Shown here: positions 11,700 through 23,884 of the stretch, piece by piece
Layout of the letters: each line of letters begins with the position of its first letter
Numbering within the stretch: the stretch's first letter is position 1
Origin: Leucoraja ocellata
Lineage: Eukaryota
NCBI GenBank assembly: GCA_036785375.1
Contig: JAWMAR010000197.1
Span: 1,240,001 to 1,304,000 of the forward strand
Length of the DNA stretch: 64,000 nt
Direction: 5' to 3'
Notes under the pieces: model-generated
Seen by the model: only the letters and a program-made list of their open reading frames with translations
Databases searched by the model: none
What the model was told of the DNA's origin: nothing
Made by a program: the position numbers and the translations under genes

Positions 11700-12342
11700 G
11701 GCATCCACAATGGTCGCCTCGCCAACAGTTTGTCTCCTCCCTTCCTTCTTTGTTATTATTTAGTATGTGTTAAATGTATGTGTTAGTGTTATTGGCTTGT
11801 TTTCTCTAACCTCGACGGAGATGCGATTTTTTTTCCGTGTTGTATCTCCGTCCGCACTGCAGCCTAACATCGAGGAGCTGGTGGCCTCTGCTGGAGACCG
11901 ACTTCGGGAGCTCCAACTGCAGGAGCCTGTGGGCCTAACATCATGGAGCTGGCAATCCCTGTCGGGGATCGACCTTGGAGCTCCAATCGGACTTAACATT
12001 GTGGAGCTCGCGGTCCCTGATTAGAGACCGAATTCGGGAGCTCCAGGCCGCAGGAGCTTCGACCGCCCCGATGTGGGAGCGATCGCCGGATGCCCGCGGG
12101 AGCTTTGATCGCCCCGACTGCGGATGGTTCGACTCTCCCAATCGCGGGAGAACAAAGAGGAAGAGGATTAGACTTTATTGCCTTCCATCACAGTGAGGAA
12201 TGTGGGGAATCCGCGGTGGTGGATGTTTACGTTAACTTTTATGTAGTTGTGTGTCTTGTTGCTTTTTTTTAATATGGCTATATGTTAATTCGAGTTTCAC
12301 TGCACCTTAATTAGTACACGTGACAATAAATTGACCTTTGAA
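11700..12342 (+). mobile_element. GC-rich non-coding retroposon-like element with internal hairpin array and gtgacaataaa LINE-type tail
   Basis: Three aacat..ggagct...agctcc units at 11866-12044; tail resembles the Rex1-like tails in this window; a partial inverted copy lies at about 19045-19175. Confidence 0.55.
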
Positions 12343-12377
12343 ATCATTTAATCATATTCATTGATGATGAGTAATTG

Positions 12378-13050
12378 GAGACACAAGAAACTGCAGATGC
12401 TAGTATCGTGCGCAAAAAAAACAAAGTGCTAGGGGAACTTGACGAGTTAGGCAGCACCTATGGAGGGAATAGGCAGGAATAGACAGATGATATGATTAAC
12501 ATAGAAACATAGAAACATAGAAAATAGGTGCAGGAGTAGGCCATTCGGCCCTTCGAGCCTGCACCGCCATTCAATATGATCATGGCTGATCATCCAACTC
12601 AGTATCCTGTACCTGCCTTCTCTCCATACCCCCTGATCCCTTTAGACACAAGGGCCACATCTAACTCCCTCTTAAATATAGCCAATGAACTGGCCTCAAC
12701 TACCTTCTGTGGCAGAGAGTTCCAGAGGCTCACCACTCTCTGCGTTAAAAATGTTTTTCTCATCTCGGTCCTAAAGGATTTCCCCTTTATCCTTAAACTG
12801 TGACCCCCTTGTCCTGGACTTCCCCAACATCGGGAACAATCTTCCTGCATCTAGCCTGTCCAACCCCCTAAGAATTTTATAAGTTTCTATAAGATCCCCC
12901 CTCAATCTTCTAAATTCTAGCGAGTACAAGCCGAGTCTATCCAGTCTTTCTTCATATGATTAGCCTGAAGAAGGGTCCCAATTTAAAATATCCTCTGTCC
13001 ATTTCCTCCACAGATGCTGCTGAGTTCCTCAAGCACTTTCTGTTTTGATC
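12378..13050. mobile_element. Fold-back Penelope-derived mini-element split by CR1, 11-bp TSD
   Basis: atgagtaattg at 12367-12377 and 13051-13061; core remnant cctgaagaagggtccc at about 12964. Confidence 0.75.
12499..12953 (-). mobile_element. CR1 LINE 3' end
   Basis: ORF 12599..12850 (HSLRIKGKSFRTEMRK...WNSLP); (acatagaa)n tail; atatgatta repeated at 12490 and 12954. Confidence 0.95.
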
Positions 13051-13819
13051 ATGAGTAATTGTCGGGAAGAATCATCATTTTTTTAAACAATAATTACTTT
13101 TAGTCTTTGAGTTTATGAAGTTCTCTTTTAATGTAATTCCAATTCTGGGTCATACCCTAATTGATAAAACAACCCCAATGTACATTAGGGAAATTGATTT
13201 TTATTAATTAAAGCCAATTCTATATATTGTAGTGCATATTAATTATTTGGTGAGTCATAATATGCAAAAGAAAGTCGGGCATGTATTGTGGTTCAGTTTA
13301 GTTTCTGTGGATATTTGGTCAAAATGCAGCTGAAGCAAAAATGGCTGCATGAAGTAACACAGAGACAGGAAACATGATGTAATTTGGTTGTGTTCTTGAT
13401 AACTTTGAAATGATTTCCTCTGAAAAATCGAATATTTAAGTCTGCAAGGCTTTGTTTTGACTTAGGCTGAGCCTCTGGGTAAGTTTACATTGCAAAATGT
13501 ACCATTCAACAATTTATTGAGCATGTTGCTGATGACAATACATCTTCTTATTGCTATTTTACTTGTCAGATGGCTGCAGTTGATTGACAGTTTTGTGGTC
13601 AATTTTCAGTTTTGGCATTTTCACAGCCTCATGCGTTTGTTCCCATTTACTGCCATCGTACAAACACAGGTTCAACATTCTGTTTGATAAAATGGAATAC
13701 GAGTCAAACAAACATAAATATGCCAACTGAATTTGGACTGGCGGAGGTGCATGTATTTTTATCCGTACCAGTATATCCTATGTCATTGCTCACAGGTAGT
13801 TCACAACTTCACATGTTAT

Positions 13820-14012
13820 AAGAATTAGGCCATTCGGCCCATCGAGTCTACTCTGCCATTCAATCATAGCTGATCTCTGCCTCCTAATCCCATTTTCCTG
13901 CCTTCTCCCCAAAAGCCTTGACACCCGTTTTAATCAAAAATATGTTTATCTCTGACTTAAAAATATCCACTGACTTGGCCGCAACAGCCCTCTGCGGCAA
14001 TGAGTTCCACAT
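13820..14012 (-). mobile_element. CR1 3' tail fragment
   Basis: ggccattcggcccatcgagtctactctgccattcaatcat...ccctctgcggcaatgagttccac. Confidence 0.75.
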
Positions 14013-14169
14013 ATCAGTCTATTATTGGTCTGTTATTGACATGCGTACCGAGATACAGTGAAAGGCTTTGGTTTGTGTGCTAACCAGTGAACCATACTTT
14101 ACGTGATGTGTATGGTAGTCTAGGATATAAACCATAAAGCAGAATTAACAAACATGAAGTGGTACCTTT

Positions 14170-14310
14170 TCTTGATTAGTAAGGGTGTCAAGGGGAATGG
14201 GAAGAAGGCAGGAGAATGGGGGTGAGAGGGAAAGATAGATCAGCCATGATTGAATGGTGGTGGAGAATTGATTGGCTGAATGACCTAATTTTGCTCCTAT
14301 AACTTATGAG
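14170..14310 (+). mobile_element. CR1 3' tail fragment
   Basis: Same subfamily as 11510-11655. Confidence 0.75.
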
Positions 14311-15085
14311 CTGACTCATCTAGAGTGGAAGCAAAATGAATGGAAAACAATCACGTGGTTAAGAATGGAAATTGTTGGACAAAGTTAGAGAGGGTATGGG
14401 ACGCACCAAGGCTAAATCCTTGTATGTATATATGCTTGTTTAATAAAATGTATTCAATTCAATTCAATGCAATGAAGTGGGTGTTAAACTCCAGGGGGAA
14501 GTGAAACAAAATTGGCAGAGCATTATTTCTGCATATGCAAAAATGTGATGTGGAGGGCCATAGACCTGGTGCTGAAAAGCGGGATTGGTTTGGGCAGCCA
14601 ACACACTGGTTCCACCAAAGTGTGGCATAGAATGCCACAGGAGATCATTTTCCCCTGTGGCTATCAAACTGTACTATTCCTTCTCCTTCTGTCGTGGGGT
14701 AGACTGATTACCCTCCCACCTTTGCACATCCCCAATCCTTTCCACTCGTCCCTTTAATTTCACGTTTCATTTATCTTGTGTTTTATGACTGTTGGCAGAT
14801 CAATTTCTCTCCTGGGATAAATAAAGTTCTACCACATCGTATCATATTATATCGTGGCTCTTTTTCAACTGGCACAAGCACAATGGGCTGAAAGGCCTCC
14901 TTCTGCAACATTATCTTTCATTATTTCTGACATGCTTGGGCAATGAAGCATTCCTTGTTGTAAATTGATAACTTGAAAAAGAAAGCTGGTGAGCAGGTTG
15001 TTTAATTTCAGTGAAAATTTGGTTGCCACATGTACTGAATTCAAGTTTATTTCATCTGGAGATTAAATAAATTTATTCCACCGTG

Positions 15086-15376
15086 CAAGAGCAGAACTCG
15101 CTATCAAAACATGGAGGGGACGGCGGCCACAATATTCTTGACACACACGCGTGCGAGGCTTCGGAGGCTCAATCCAGCGCTAAATGCAGCTCAACTCTGC
15201 CTGTCTCACCAGGTTAATTACAGCCCTGTCTGGACTGACGGGATACCAGCGCTGCTTCTCCATGTTGGCCATATTTCCCGCAAGCCCAGGCAGGTTAACC
15301 TGGCGGGGATGTCGCCCACCTCTCAAAACATGGGGGGGACGAGCCCCCTCTGGCCCCCCCGGGTTTTCCGCCCCTG
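15086..15376. mobile_element. hAT-type MITE with 8-bp TSD
   Basis: ccaccgtg at 15078-15085 and 15377-15384; imperfect TIRs caagagcagaac / ttccgcccctg. Confidence 0.8.
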
Positions 15377-16717
15377 CCACCGTGTACTGGTCACATTAAA
15401 CAGATCCATTGGAAAAGTGGTTAATGTTCTCAATCCAAATCTTTTTTAGAAATAAATGAAACGTCTTAACATGGGGCTACTTCAGTAACAGTTTCAGGGT
15501 GATGAGGATAAACAAATAATACACAAAAGCAAAATAGTGCATCTGCTGGAAATGTTAACTTTAAAAAAAATGAAAACAGTGCATGCTCACGGAATCACTG
15601 CATTTTACTACAGATGGTATGGATAAAAATTCCAAGGAGGATTTTAAATAAGATGATCTGGTAAAGTTGTTCATTGCCAAAAAAAGGTTCAAGCATTTCT
15701 TTTGTTAAGTCTGATGGATTGAGAAGCAACTGATAAAAATAAAACAAAAGCCTTTCTTCAGCGGCATCGTTGGCAACAGACCTTCCTATCAGCTGCCGAG
15801 CTTCCTTCCTGTTCCTACTCATCTGTAAGAGGTGATGATCAGTAACTTGTCAAACCATGAGCACATTGTAGTAGCGATGAATGGTTGATTTTTTCCAGTT
15901 ACATGGCAGTTGGTTGTTTCCTAGTCCCTGCTAAAACCGACAATGGATTTTCTGTTAGATTTTCCAAGCCAAACATATCCTAGAATCTTCATAGGAAGTT
16001 TACCATAATACCTCCTGTCAGCTAAGACATTTCCTTTGGGTTTTTTGGAAGTTTGTTTCCTAAACACTTGAGGAGTCTGGGTTTGGCATAATCTTTCAGG
16101 GCCATTTTGTCACTTTCTGTAGTTCTGTAAAACAGTTTGACTCCAATTTAATTTGCCCAATCTGGATTAATATTGTGTGGGAAATGAATAGCTATCCAGT
16201 GGATAGAAATGACTGAGGTTTGAATGTAACAGAACGTAATGCTTTCCCTAGTGTTATCTGTGGATAAATTCAACGTTTCTTATTAAATTGGAATATCTCA
16301 CACACGGATTTGAGCAAAAATTGCCAGTTATTGAATGTGACAGAAGCAAGGAACTGTTTAATTCTGTACATTAACGGAGGCAATGAAGAATAAAAATAAC
16401 TCTGGCTGTCAATTTTGTGCATTTACATAACGTTTATATTCTTGACAAAGAGCTTGATGATAGTTATGAGGGAGCAGTAGTTAATGTGTTGCCTCAGTAG
16501 AGCTTGTGACTAACTTAATCTACCTCCGTGTTGAAGTGATTGCTGGTAAAATAAAAAAAAATCATTGTCAGCATCTTGCAGAGTAAAGAGGAAGAGATGT
16601 GGTTACATCTTGTATGTAAGAAAAAGAGATTACTGTGCTATTATTGTCAAAGTTGTGGAAATCTAGTATGCCAGAAGCAAAAATTTACATCATTGAGATT
16701 TATAGGAAAAGAAAATG

Positions 16718-16968
16718 TAAACTGCAGATGCTGGAAATCTGAAATTTAAAAAAATAGAAAATGCTGGAAAGACAGCAGGCCAGTCAGTATATGTGGAAAG
16801 TGATACAGATAATGTTTCAAGCCTGGTGTCCTTTGTCAGAGCAGGGAAAGAGACACTTGCTCTTTTTCTTTCCAAGATTTGATGAAGGGCGCCAGGCCTG
16901 AAATGTTAAGCGTTTCTCTTTCCATGGATGCTGCCTGACTTGCTGAGTCTTTCCAACCTTTTTGTTTT
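16718..16968. mobile_element. Fold-back Penelope-derived element, second (more diverged) subfamily
   Basis: actgcagatgctggaaatctgaaa arm; degenerate hammerhead cores on both strands (about 16808-16840 minus, 16879-16907 plus). Confidence 0.65.
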
Positions 16969-17059
16969 AATTTCATTTTGTTTGAATTGTAAATTTACAA
17001 AAATATATAACAGCAATTGGCACCCAAATGCAATGAATGTAAAGGGGAATTTTTGGAAA

Positions 17060-17792
17060 ACCTTGAGCTGGATCAACTGTCAGCGTTGAAACCGCGAGCT
17101 GGATCGACCGACCGCACGCACACACACACACACACACAAATAGATTTATTTATTGAAATCATATTCTATGTCGCTCTTCCAGGGAGATGCTAACTGCATT
17201 TCGTTGTCTCTGTAGTGTACACTGACAATGACAATTAAAGTTGAATCTGAATCTGAATCTGAAACACATCGCAAAGGCGGAGGCCAGGGAAAGCGGGGGA
17301 GCGCTGTCTGAAATTCACACCCGCGATGAAGACGAAGGTAAAATACGGCTGCACAGTGTACAGTAAGTATTTTAGAGAGTGTGGAGGGGGGGGTGGGGGA
17401 AGGGGAGAGAAGGGGGGGGGAGACACTTTTATGGCATTTTATGGCAAAACCAAGGTTTTCCTTGGTCCTGAAAACTCCAATGAGCCAATCAAAATTCCTG
17501 GTCAGCGAAGGAGATTGCCAACGACTGCCCTCGACTGCCTGTAACTAAATAGTGACCCCACTCCACTGCATTATGAGTTAAAAAGAACCATGCCGACCAA
17601 ATTTTACTCGCGGAAAAGTTTCCGCGACCTAGCTGAAGCCGTGAGTATTCGGGAACTTCCCTCGAGCATGAAGGAGAGTTCCAGTGACCTCATAGGACCT
17701 CCTATAACCACGTGTCGACCATGCTGCGAGTTTGAGTTGAGGGCAAACTCGTCTAAACTTGCAGATTAGGTCGCCGTAGTGGGACAGCCCCT
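17060..17792. mobile_element. Harbinger-like non-autonomous DNA transposon, right part
   Basis: Ends gtgggacagcccct+TAA; CpG-rich interior; short LINE-tail insertion at about 17138-17262; left end not seen. Confidence 0.6.
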
Positions 17793-17924
17793 TAAGTGTT
17801 ACTGTAGTTAAATTGAATCCGAAGAATGGATTGTTGTACATTTGTACTTTAATATGTAAACCAGCATAGTTTTGGGTCAGATTATGCTCGATACAATCTG
17901 CCACCCATATTCAGTCCCCACAAT

Positions 17925-18052
17925 GTGTAAGAAGGAACTGGAGATGCAGGTTTACACTGAAGATAGACACAAAATGTTGGAGTAACTCAGCGGGTCAGGC
18001 AGCATCTTTGGAGAAAAGGAATAAGTGACATTTTGTGACAAGACCCTTCATT
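17925..18052 (-). mobile_element. Penelope-derived mini-element, single arm
   Basis: Family consensus in reverse orientation. Confidence 0.7.
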
Positions 18053-18309
18053 AGAACCTTTCACAGTAATGTGATCACAAGGATCACACTAATTATTTGC
18101 TTGCATTTACACACTGTAGCATCCACTAGAGTCCTTCACGCACCAGACCTAACATTTTAGTAGAACAGGGTGGTTGGTGGCCAATGGTGGCCAGGCCTTG
18201 GGCCTAAAAACCTGAGTCCCCATCCCAAAGATAGTCCTGTTGGCCTTTGATTGCTGTTGTCAAGGGCATTTAAGCTATTTTTAAATTAAGAGTTTTGTAA
18301 AAGTAGTTT

Positions 18310-18585
18310 AAAGGACACAGGACCTCCGGCCCAACTTGCCCACACCGGCCAACATGTCCCAACTACACTGGTTCCACCTGCCTGCGTTTGGCCCACATCC
18401 CTCCAAACCTGTCATATCCATGTACCTGTCTACCTGTTTCTTAAACAAAGAGATAATCCCTGCCTCAACCACTTCCTCTGGTAGCTCGTTCCATACACCC
18501 TCCACCCTTTGTGTGAAAATGTTACCCTACAGATTCCTATTAAATCATTTCCCCTTTACCTTAAACCTATGTCTCCTGGTCCTCA
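18310..18585 (-). mobile_element. CR1 3' end
   Basis: ORF 18308..18505 VWNELPEEVVEAG...FKKQVDRYMD. Confidence 0.9.
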
Positions 18586-18662
18586 AGGAAACTGAGAACC
18601 CACTGTAAAAGTAAGCCCACCTCTGGCTGTTTACCACATCTGGGACCATATACTAAATAATA

Positions 18663-18790
18663 GTGTAGGAAGGAACTACAGATGCTGGTTTAAACCAAAG
18701 ATAGACACAAAAAGCTGGACAGGCAGCATCTCTGGGGAGAAGTAATGGGTGACGTTTCGGGCTGTGATCCTTCTTCAGACTGGTTAGGGA
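18663..18790 (-). mobile_element. Penelope-derived mini-element, single arm
   Basis: Family consensus; aataatag present on both sides. Confidence 0.8.
18747..18781 (-). ncRNA. Putative minimal hammerhead ribozyme motif (core nucleotides intact)
   Basis: Minus strand gt-CTGAAGA-a-ggatcacagccc-GAAA-cg-TC-ac; stem II has one mismatch; activity untested. Confidence 0.6.
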
Positions 18791-19334
18791 ATAATAATAA
18801 TAGCAAAGGGCGTTATTGGCAAGACTAAGACCAGATTTATTTGACTTCCCTTCAGCAACAAAGTTTAGAACAGTAGTCATGTCAAGTTAAGTTTATTGTT
18901 ATTTGCCCAAGTACTGTGAGGTACAGGTTCAATTAAAATCTTGCTAGCAGCAGCTTCACAGGCAAGTAGTCTCAGACAATACACTTAACACTAGAAAAGA
19001 AAAAGGCTGCAAAACAAGAATTCTGTGCAAAAATAGATAGATAAATACTTTATTAATCTATTTTCAGGGAAATTCAAAGTCAGCAGCTGTACAATGAGAA
19101 AGAACACACAATACACAATAAAAGTTTAACACACACATCCACCACAGCATTCATCACTGTGGTGGAAGGCACACAATTTGGTCGGGACCACAAAAATGTA
19201 CAATTAGCAAATAAATCCATGGTAGTGCAAAAGGTGCATCGGTGGCATTCCATTGCCGAGGTAGGATTAGGTTTGTGCAGGTCTGTCAGAAAACCTGATA
19301 GTTTGTAGGAAAATAGCTGTTCCTGAACCTGGTG

Positions 19335-19675
19335 ATTTAGTTTAGTTTAGTTTAGTTTAATTTAGAGATACTGAATGGAAACAGGTCTTTCGGCCCACCG
19401 AGTGCGCAACAACCAGCGATCCCCGCACATTAAGTTATTAACACTAACATTAATATCTAAACACACTAGGGAGAATTTTAAATGTACACCAAGTCAATGA
19501 ACTTACAAACCTGTACGTCTTGGGAGTGTGGTAGGAAACTGAAGATCTCGGAGAAAACCCACACGGTCACGGGAAGAAGGTACAAACTCTGTAAAGACAG
19601 CACCCGTAGTCAGGATCGAACCTGGGTCTCCGGAGCTGTAAAGAAGTAGCTGTACCGCTACACCACCCTGCCGCC
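19335..19675 (-). mobile_element. V-SINE (HE1-like)
   Basis: Full head, V-domain and (taaac)n tail. Confidence 0.85.
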
Positions 19676-20728
19676 CATTTATCAAAACGTAATCTGACAC
19701 TTCATGTTTCTGCAGACCCGGCCCGATGATATCAGCGAGAAGCGGGCTTGACCAGGATAGTGGGCCCTTTAAATTGCTCCCTTAAAAATAATATTTCATA
19801 TTTTTTGCATATCTTTCATGCGAAGAAAATTTATACAGGGTATTTGAGCACTGGCAACTCAATAAATAATGAGTACTGGCCAATGCTTACACATTCATCT
19901 TAACACATTTCAAAGACCCAGAATGGTTTACAACCATCATCTGAAGGCCAGGAAGAGATTGTGATCGTGAATTAATTCCTTGGTTTATCCATTATTTATT
20001 TCAATGACATACAGATCAGTTTTGGCGGTTGTTTTATTGAGCTTTTTTTTTAGTCCTTGTCCTAATCCCAAGATGTCATAGAAATATTGAGAGCACATTG
20101 TTTCATGTAATGCGAATAGAAATGTCCATTGTCTTGCAAAGTCCTGTGCAGTTTACCAGCAGAGTGATAGAACATGAAAGGGGAGATTGTTTTTGAAAAC
20201 CAGTGCAAGACTGAGACTGAATGAGGTTAATGTAGTCTGAAGTCTGAATCATGAGATGTGTCATTCCAAATGCATTATAGATTTATTTTATAGTAGATTC
20301 ATGGTAAAGAAGGTCAAATTGAGAATTTTCTAATTGCCAAGTCTAGCAGATTTTTAAAATTGCTACTACATAACGAAAGCTCTATTTTAAAGTAGATCAA
20401 AAAAGTCATCTGAAAATTGCAGCCATTATGGAGCGTGGTTTTAATGTAACAATAAAGGGATAGTCAGAAATCCTCACGTATTTTTATTATTCAAACTGCA
20501 TTCCCATCTGAAAATTATTAGTACCTTGCTGAATTAGTGCGAGGTTAAACTCCTGATATGAATACATATAAAGTAGAATAATAACTGTTTCATGTAGCTT
20601 CATCCAAATTAATATTGTTTTGGTTTGCTTATAACAAGATAAATCCACTTATGAAATGTTTGCTAATTAGTTTATGGACTATGTTATAGTGCAAAGCCTG
20701 CAAAGTATTAAAAACAGATGACCAACAA

Positions 20729-20875
20729 GATAGACACAAAGCGCTGGAGTAGTATAGCGGGTCAGGCTGCATCTCTGGGGAAATCCAGAGATGCTGCCCG
20801 ACCTGTTGAGTTACTCAAGTACTTTGTGTCTATCTTTGGTATAAACCAGCATCTGCAGTTTTTTTTCCCTACATT
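20729..20875. mobile_element. Fold-back Penelope-derived mini-element, centre deleted
   Basis: Inverted arms meet at gcatctctggggaaatccagagatgc; no hammerhead core left. Confidence 0.8.
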
Positions 20876-21531
20876 TTGACAAACAAAATCATTGAACTGT
20901 TTTAAGGTACAAAAATTACTGCACAATTTTAAACTTGATTTTTTTTTTTTCCCTTCTAGTTTTTAAATCACAGAGGACCTAGACGGACCATTTGCGTGCC
21001 ATGTTAGTCATTTTTAGAATTTTTTCCCTGCTGGTAAAACCAGGAAAATGATATGTCCCATATTTCCAGCCCCACTTCTTCCCCCTGCCCAAATCTCTGT
21101 ATGAATAGGGAGAGGCAGCCAGTAATGAGATTGACCCAGATTGTGTGTGGTGACCATCATGTTTTTGGACGCGGGCCCAGAATTTGCTGCACAGGGACAG
21201 CGGGCTTTGATCATTTGACTGTCTGTCACTCTGAAGCTCAACTGTTTGGAGCCTCTAGTTGCTGCAAGGCAAGCTGTATTTCTCGACTGGCATCTGGGAT
21301 TTTGGCAAACGATGTTTAATTGTCAATTTCATTAACCATTGCGATGTAATTATAAAGAATTAAACAACAGAGTGAAGGTGAAGAAAGGGGGTGAATCAGT
21401 TACAGAAAATAAAATGGAGAGTAGAACATTTATTTTTCTGAAAGAGAGAAAAAAAAAGTAGGAATGAAATTTGGAATCAACTGTTCCCCAATGCAGAAAC
21501 AGAAATCTTGTCACTGTAAAGTTATTAACAC

Positions 21532-22659
21532 CAGTGTTGCGGTGCTATTTTTTTAGGTGCCGGAGCTGTCAAACAGGGGCATCATTTCAGGTTTTGCTTG
21601 GGAGGGGCGGGCAAGCTAGTCTCCCAAGAGGGTCAAACAAGATTATAGCCCATAATTACATCCCAGTGTATAACTAGTACAATAAAACAGATAATACTTA
21701 ATTTAATAATATGACAAAATATTGCACGGTTGCACTCACTAATTATCATGAAATATAATTATCAAGTAAAGAAAAAGACAGTAATCGTGTATTTTTACAG
21801 AGGTGCCGGCCCGGCACCAACTCGCCCTGACTCTTCCGCAGTTCCCACACACTCACACACATGCTCACACTCACACTCACACACACTCACTCACTCATCC
21901 ACTCACCCACTCACTCACCCACTGCAATGGACCACAACTCTCCTTCATTCGACGCCAGATCCACACCCTCAACAAACGCTTCTTCGCCTATCTGGACTCT
22001 ACCAAGGATCATAAGCTTGCCCTCCTCCAGATCGGTCCCTCCACCGATACTCCTCGACTCGACCGCCCGCCCGCAGGCCAGGAGCTCCTCCGCTGGACCG
22101 CGGCGCTGCTTGCCCGACCACCACGAGGCCGAGATGGGCAACACGAGGAGCAGCAACAACATCTGCTGCCTCTGCGACCCTCACTGCCTTCCCGGCCAAA
22201 CCCAGGCCTGGACCACCAAAACTGCCGCGGCTGCCGACTCTCACCGCCTCCCCAGGGCCGCCACCGCTGTCGCCAACCTTCACTGCCTCACCGGGGCCAC
22301 CGATGCTGCTGCCGCTGACCCATATCTCTACTCCAGCCCCCCACGGGCCTCCACCAGTGACTCCGCCGACCCTCGCTTTTCCACCGTCCACCAGCGGGCC
22401 AGAGCCGTCACCTCACAGGAATTCCAGGCTCAGCACCAGGCCCACAGCCTCCACGATGCAGACAGCATGTGGTCTGACTCTGCTGGGTCCTATTGCACCT
22501 TCCCCTTCCTACAGGGAACCTCAGTAGTGATGGATCTTCCTCTTCTCACTTTTTCAACCAGATTACCCCAACCACACACTCCCACTGATTTTTTGGCTTT
22601 TTTTTTTACAGAGGTGCCGGAGCGGTGCTCCAGTGAGCTCCGGCAGCATTGCACCTCTG
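21532..22659. mobile_element. Non-autonomous hAT-type DNA transposon (1128 bp) with 8-bp TSD
   Basis: attaacac at 21524-21531 and 22660-22667; CAG...CTG ends with 11/15 TIR match; aggtgccgg repeated at about 21555, 21800 and 22612. Confidence 0.85.
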
Positions 22660-23244
22660 ATTAACACCACTCAGTGCTGGCCCTAACTTTGTGCAATGAT
22701 TTTAAATGAAAATTAACGAGCAAGAACACTTATTGCAACTCATGGAATGAAAGAGGTGAAGATGCCATTTTTTTACGCTAATAATGAAGTGATGCCAATT
22801 GCAATTCACAGGAAAATTACTCGGCACAAGCAGCTGGATAGTTAAATATTAATGTTTTGTGGCAGGAAAATCTAGGTCAGTTCTGATGTCTGTTTATTAT
22901 TGGTGGACTCTGGTGTAGATTTATGTTTCAGGGCCCAGATTAGTTTGCACTAGTGAAACAAATTGTTTTAGAATTGTACATCTATCTCATTTGTCCTGGC
23001 AAAATATATCCATCTACTCTAACTAACTGAATGACTGCTGTGATGTGGAGGTGGTTTTATTAGCAGAGTTTAGTTTACAGTTGAGTCAGGTCATCCTCTG
23101 AGCAAATTTCAATGGTTATCTTCTTTAATTTGGAGTGAAGATATAGTGAATTTATATTGTGATAATTAAAACAAGTCATAAATCTGTTCTGATGAATCAT
23201 TAATATGATTATTTAAGATTATTTAATTATAATTAACTCAAATT

Positions 23245-23436
23245 ATGCGACGTCCAAATTCAGTCGGCCCGCCTCCTGCCCAGCTGATTGGTGAGTATGA
23301 TGTTGGGACCAGCCCCGCACAACTCCATACGTCTCCGCGGTTCGAATTGGGACCGGCCCCGCGAGGCCGTACGCCTCAAGCGACCACGTTTGGTCACGCT
23401 AGACGCATGCAATCGCATGCTGGTGGGACAGGCCCT
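23245..23436. mobile_element. Harbinger-like MITE, right half
   Basis: Homologous to 27695-27831; ends gtgggacaggccct+TTA. Confidence 0.75.
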
Positions 23437-23884
23437 TTACCACTCCAATTTATTGGACCTAGTTTTAGTACCTGATTTTTCTATAGTTCATTTACACTGC
23501 AATGGTTTTCTGCTTTATTTCAAATCATGTCTTATGCTTTAAGAAGTCAAATCCCCTACTGTCGAGTTATCTTGTCCTGCAGTTGATTAAAGGGAATGTT
23601 TTAACTGGTGAGTAACAAAGTAAATTGGAGATATGAAATAACAAAATAAAGATAAACTGGTTGAGGTCTTCATCAATTGGTTGAAGATTAGTTTTGGATA
23701 AAAACTATTTCCAACTTTTTTGGCAACTTAAAAACAGCCCAGGCCTCATTTATGGCTGATCTGTGACCTAAGTATATATACCCACCATTTCCTATATTCT
23801 GCATTATCTTTGCTTAAAGCTACCAATTTTAATTAAAAAATTAACAATTAGTCTAGCTTCAGTTGTCATTTGCAGAAGAGTCGT

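Noticed and set aside
11866-12044. CRISPR-like repeat-spacer array
   Set aside because: Eukaryotic context, degenerate repeats, related rather than unique spacers, no cas genes
15830-15900. C/D-box snoRNA (gtgatga-like box)
   Set aside because: No properly placed D box or terminal stem
21730-22664. Overlapping 94-267 aa ORFs as a host gene
   Set aside because: They lie inside a TSD-bounded transposon, are open on both strands because of GC richness, and show no recognisable domain
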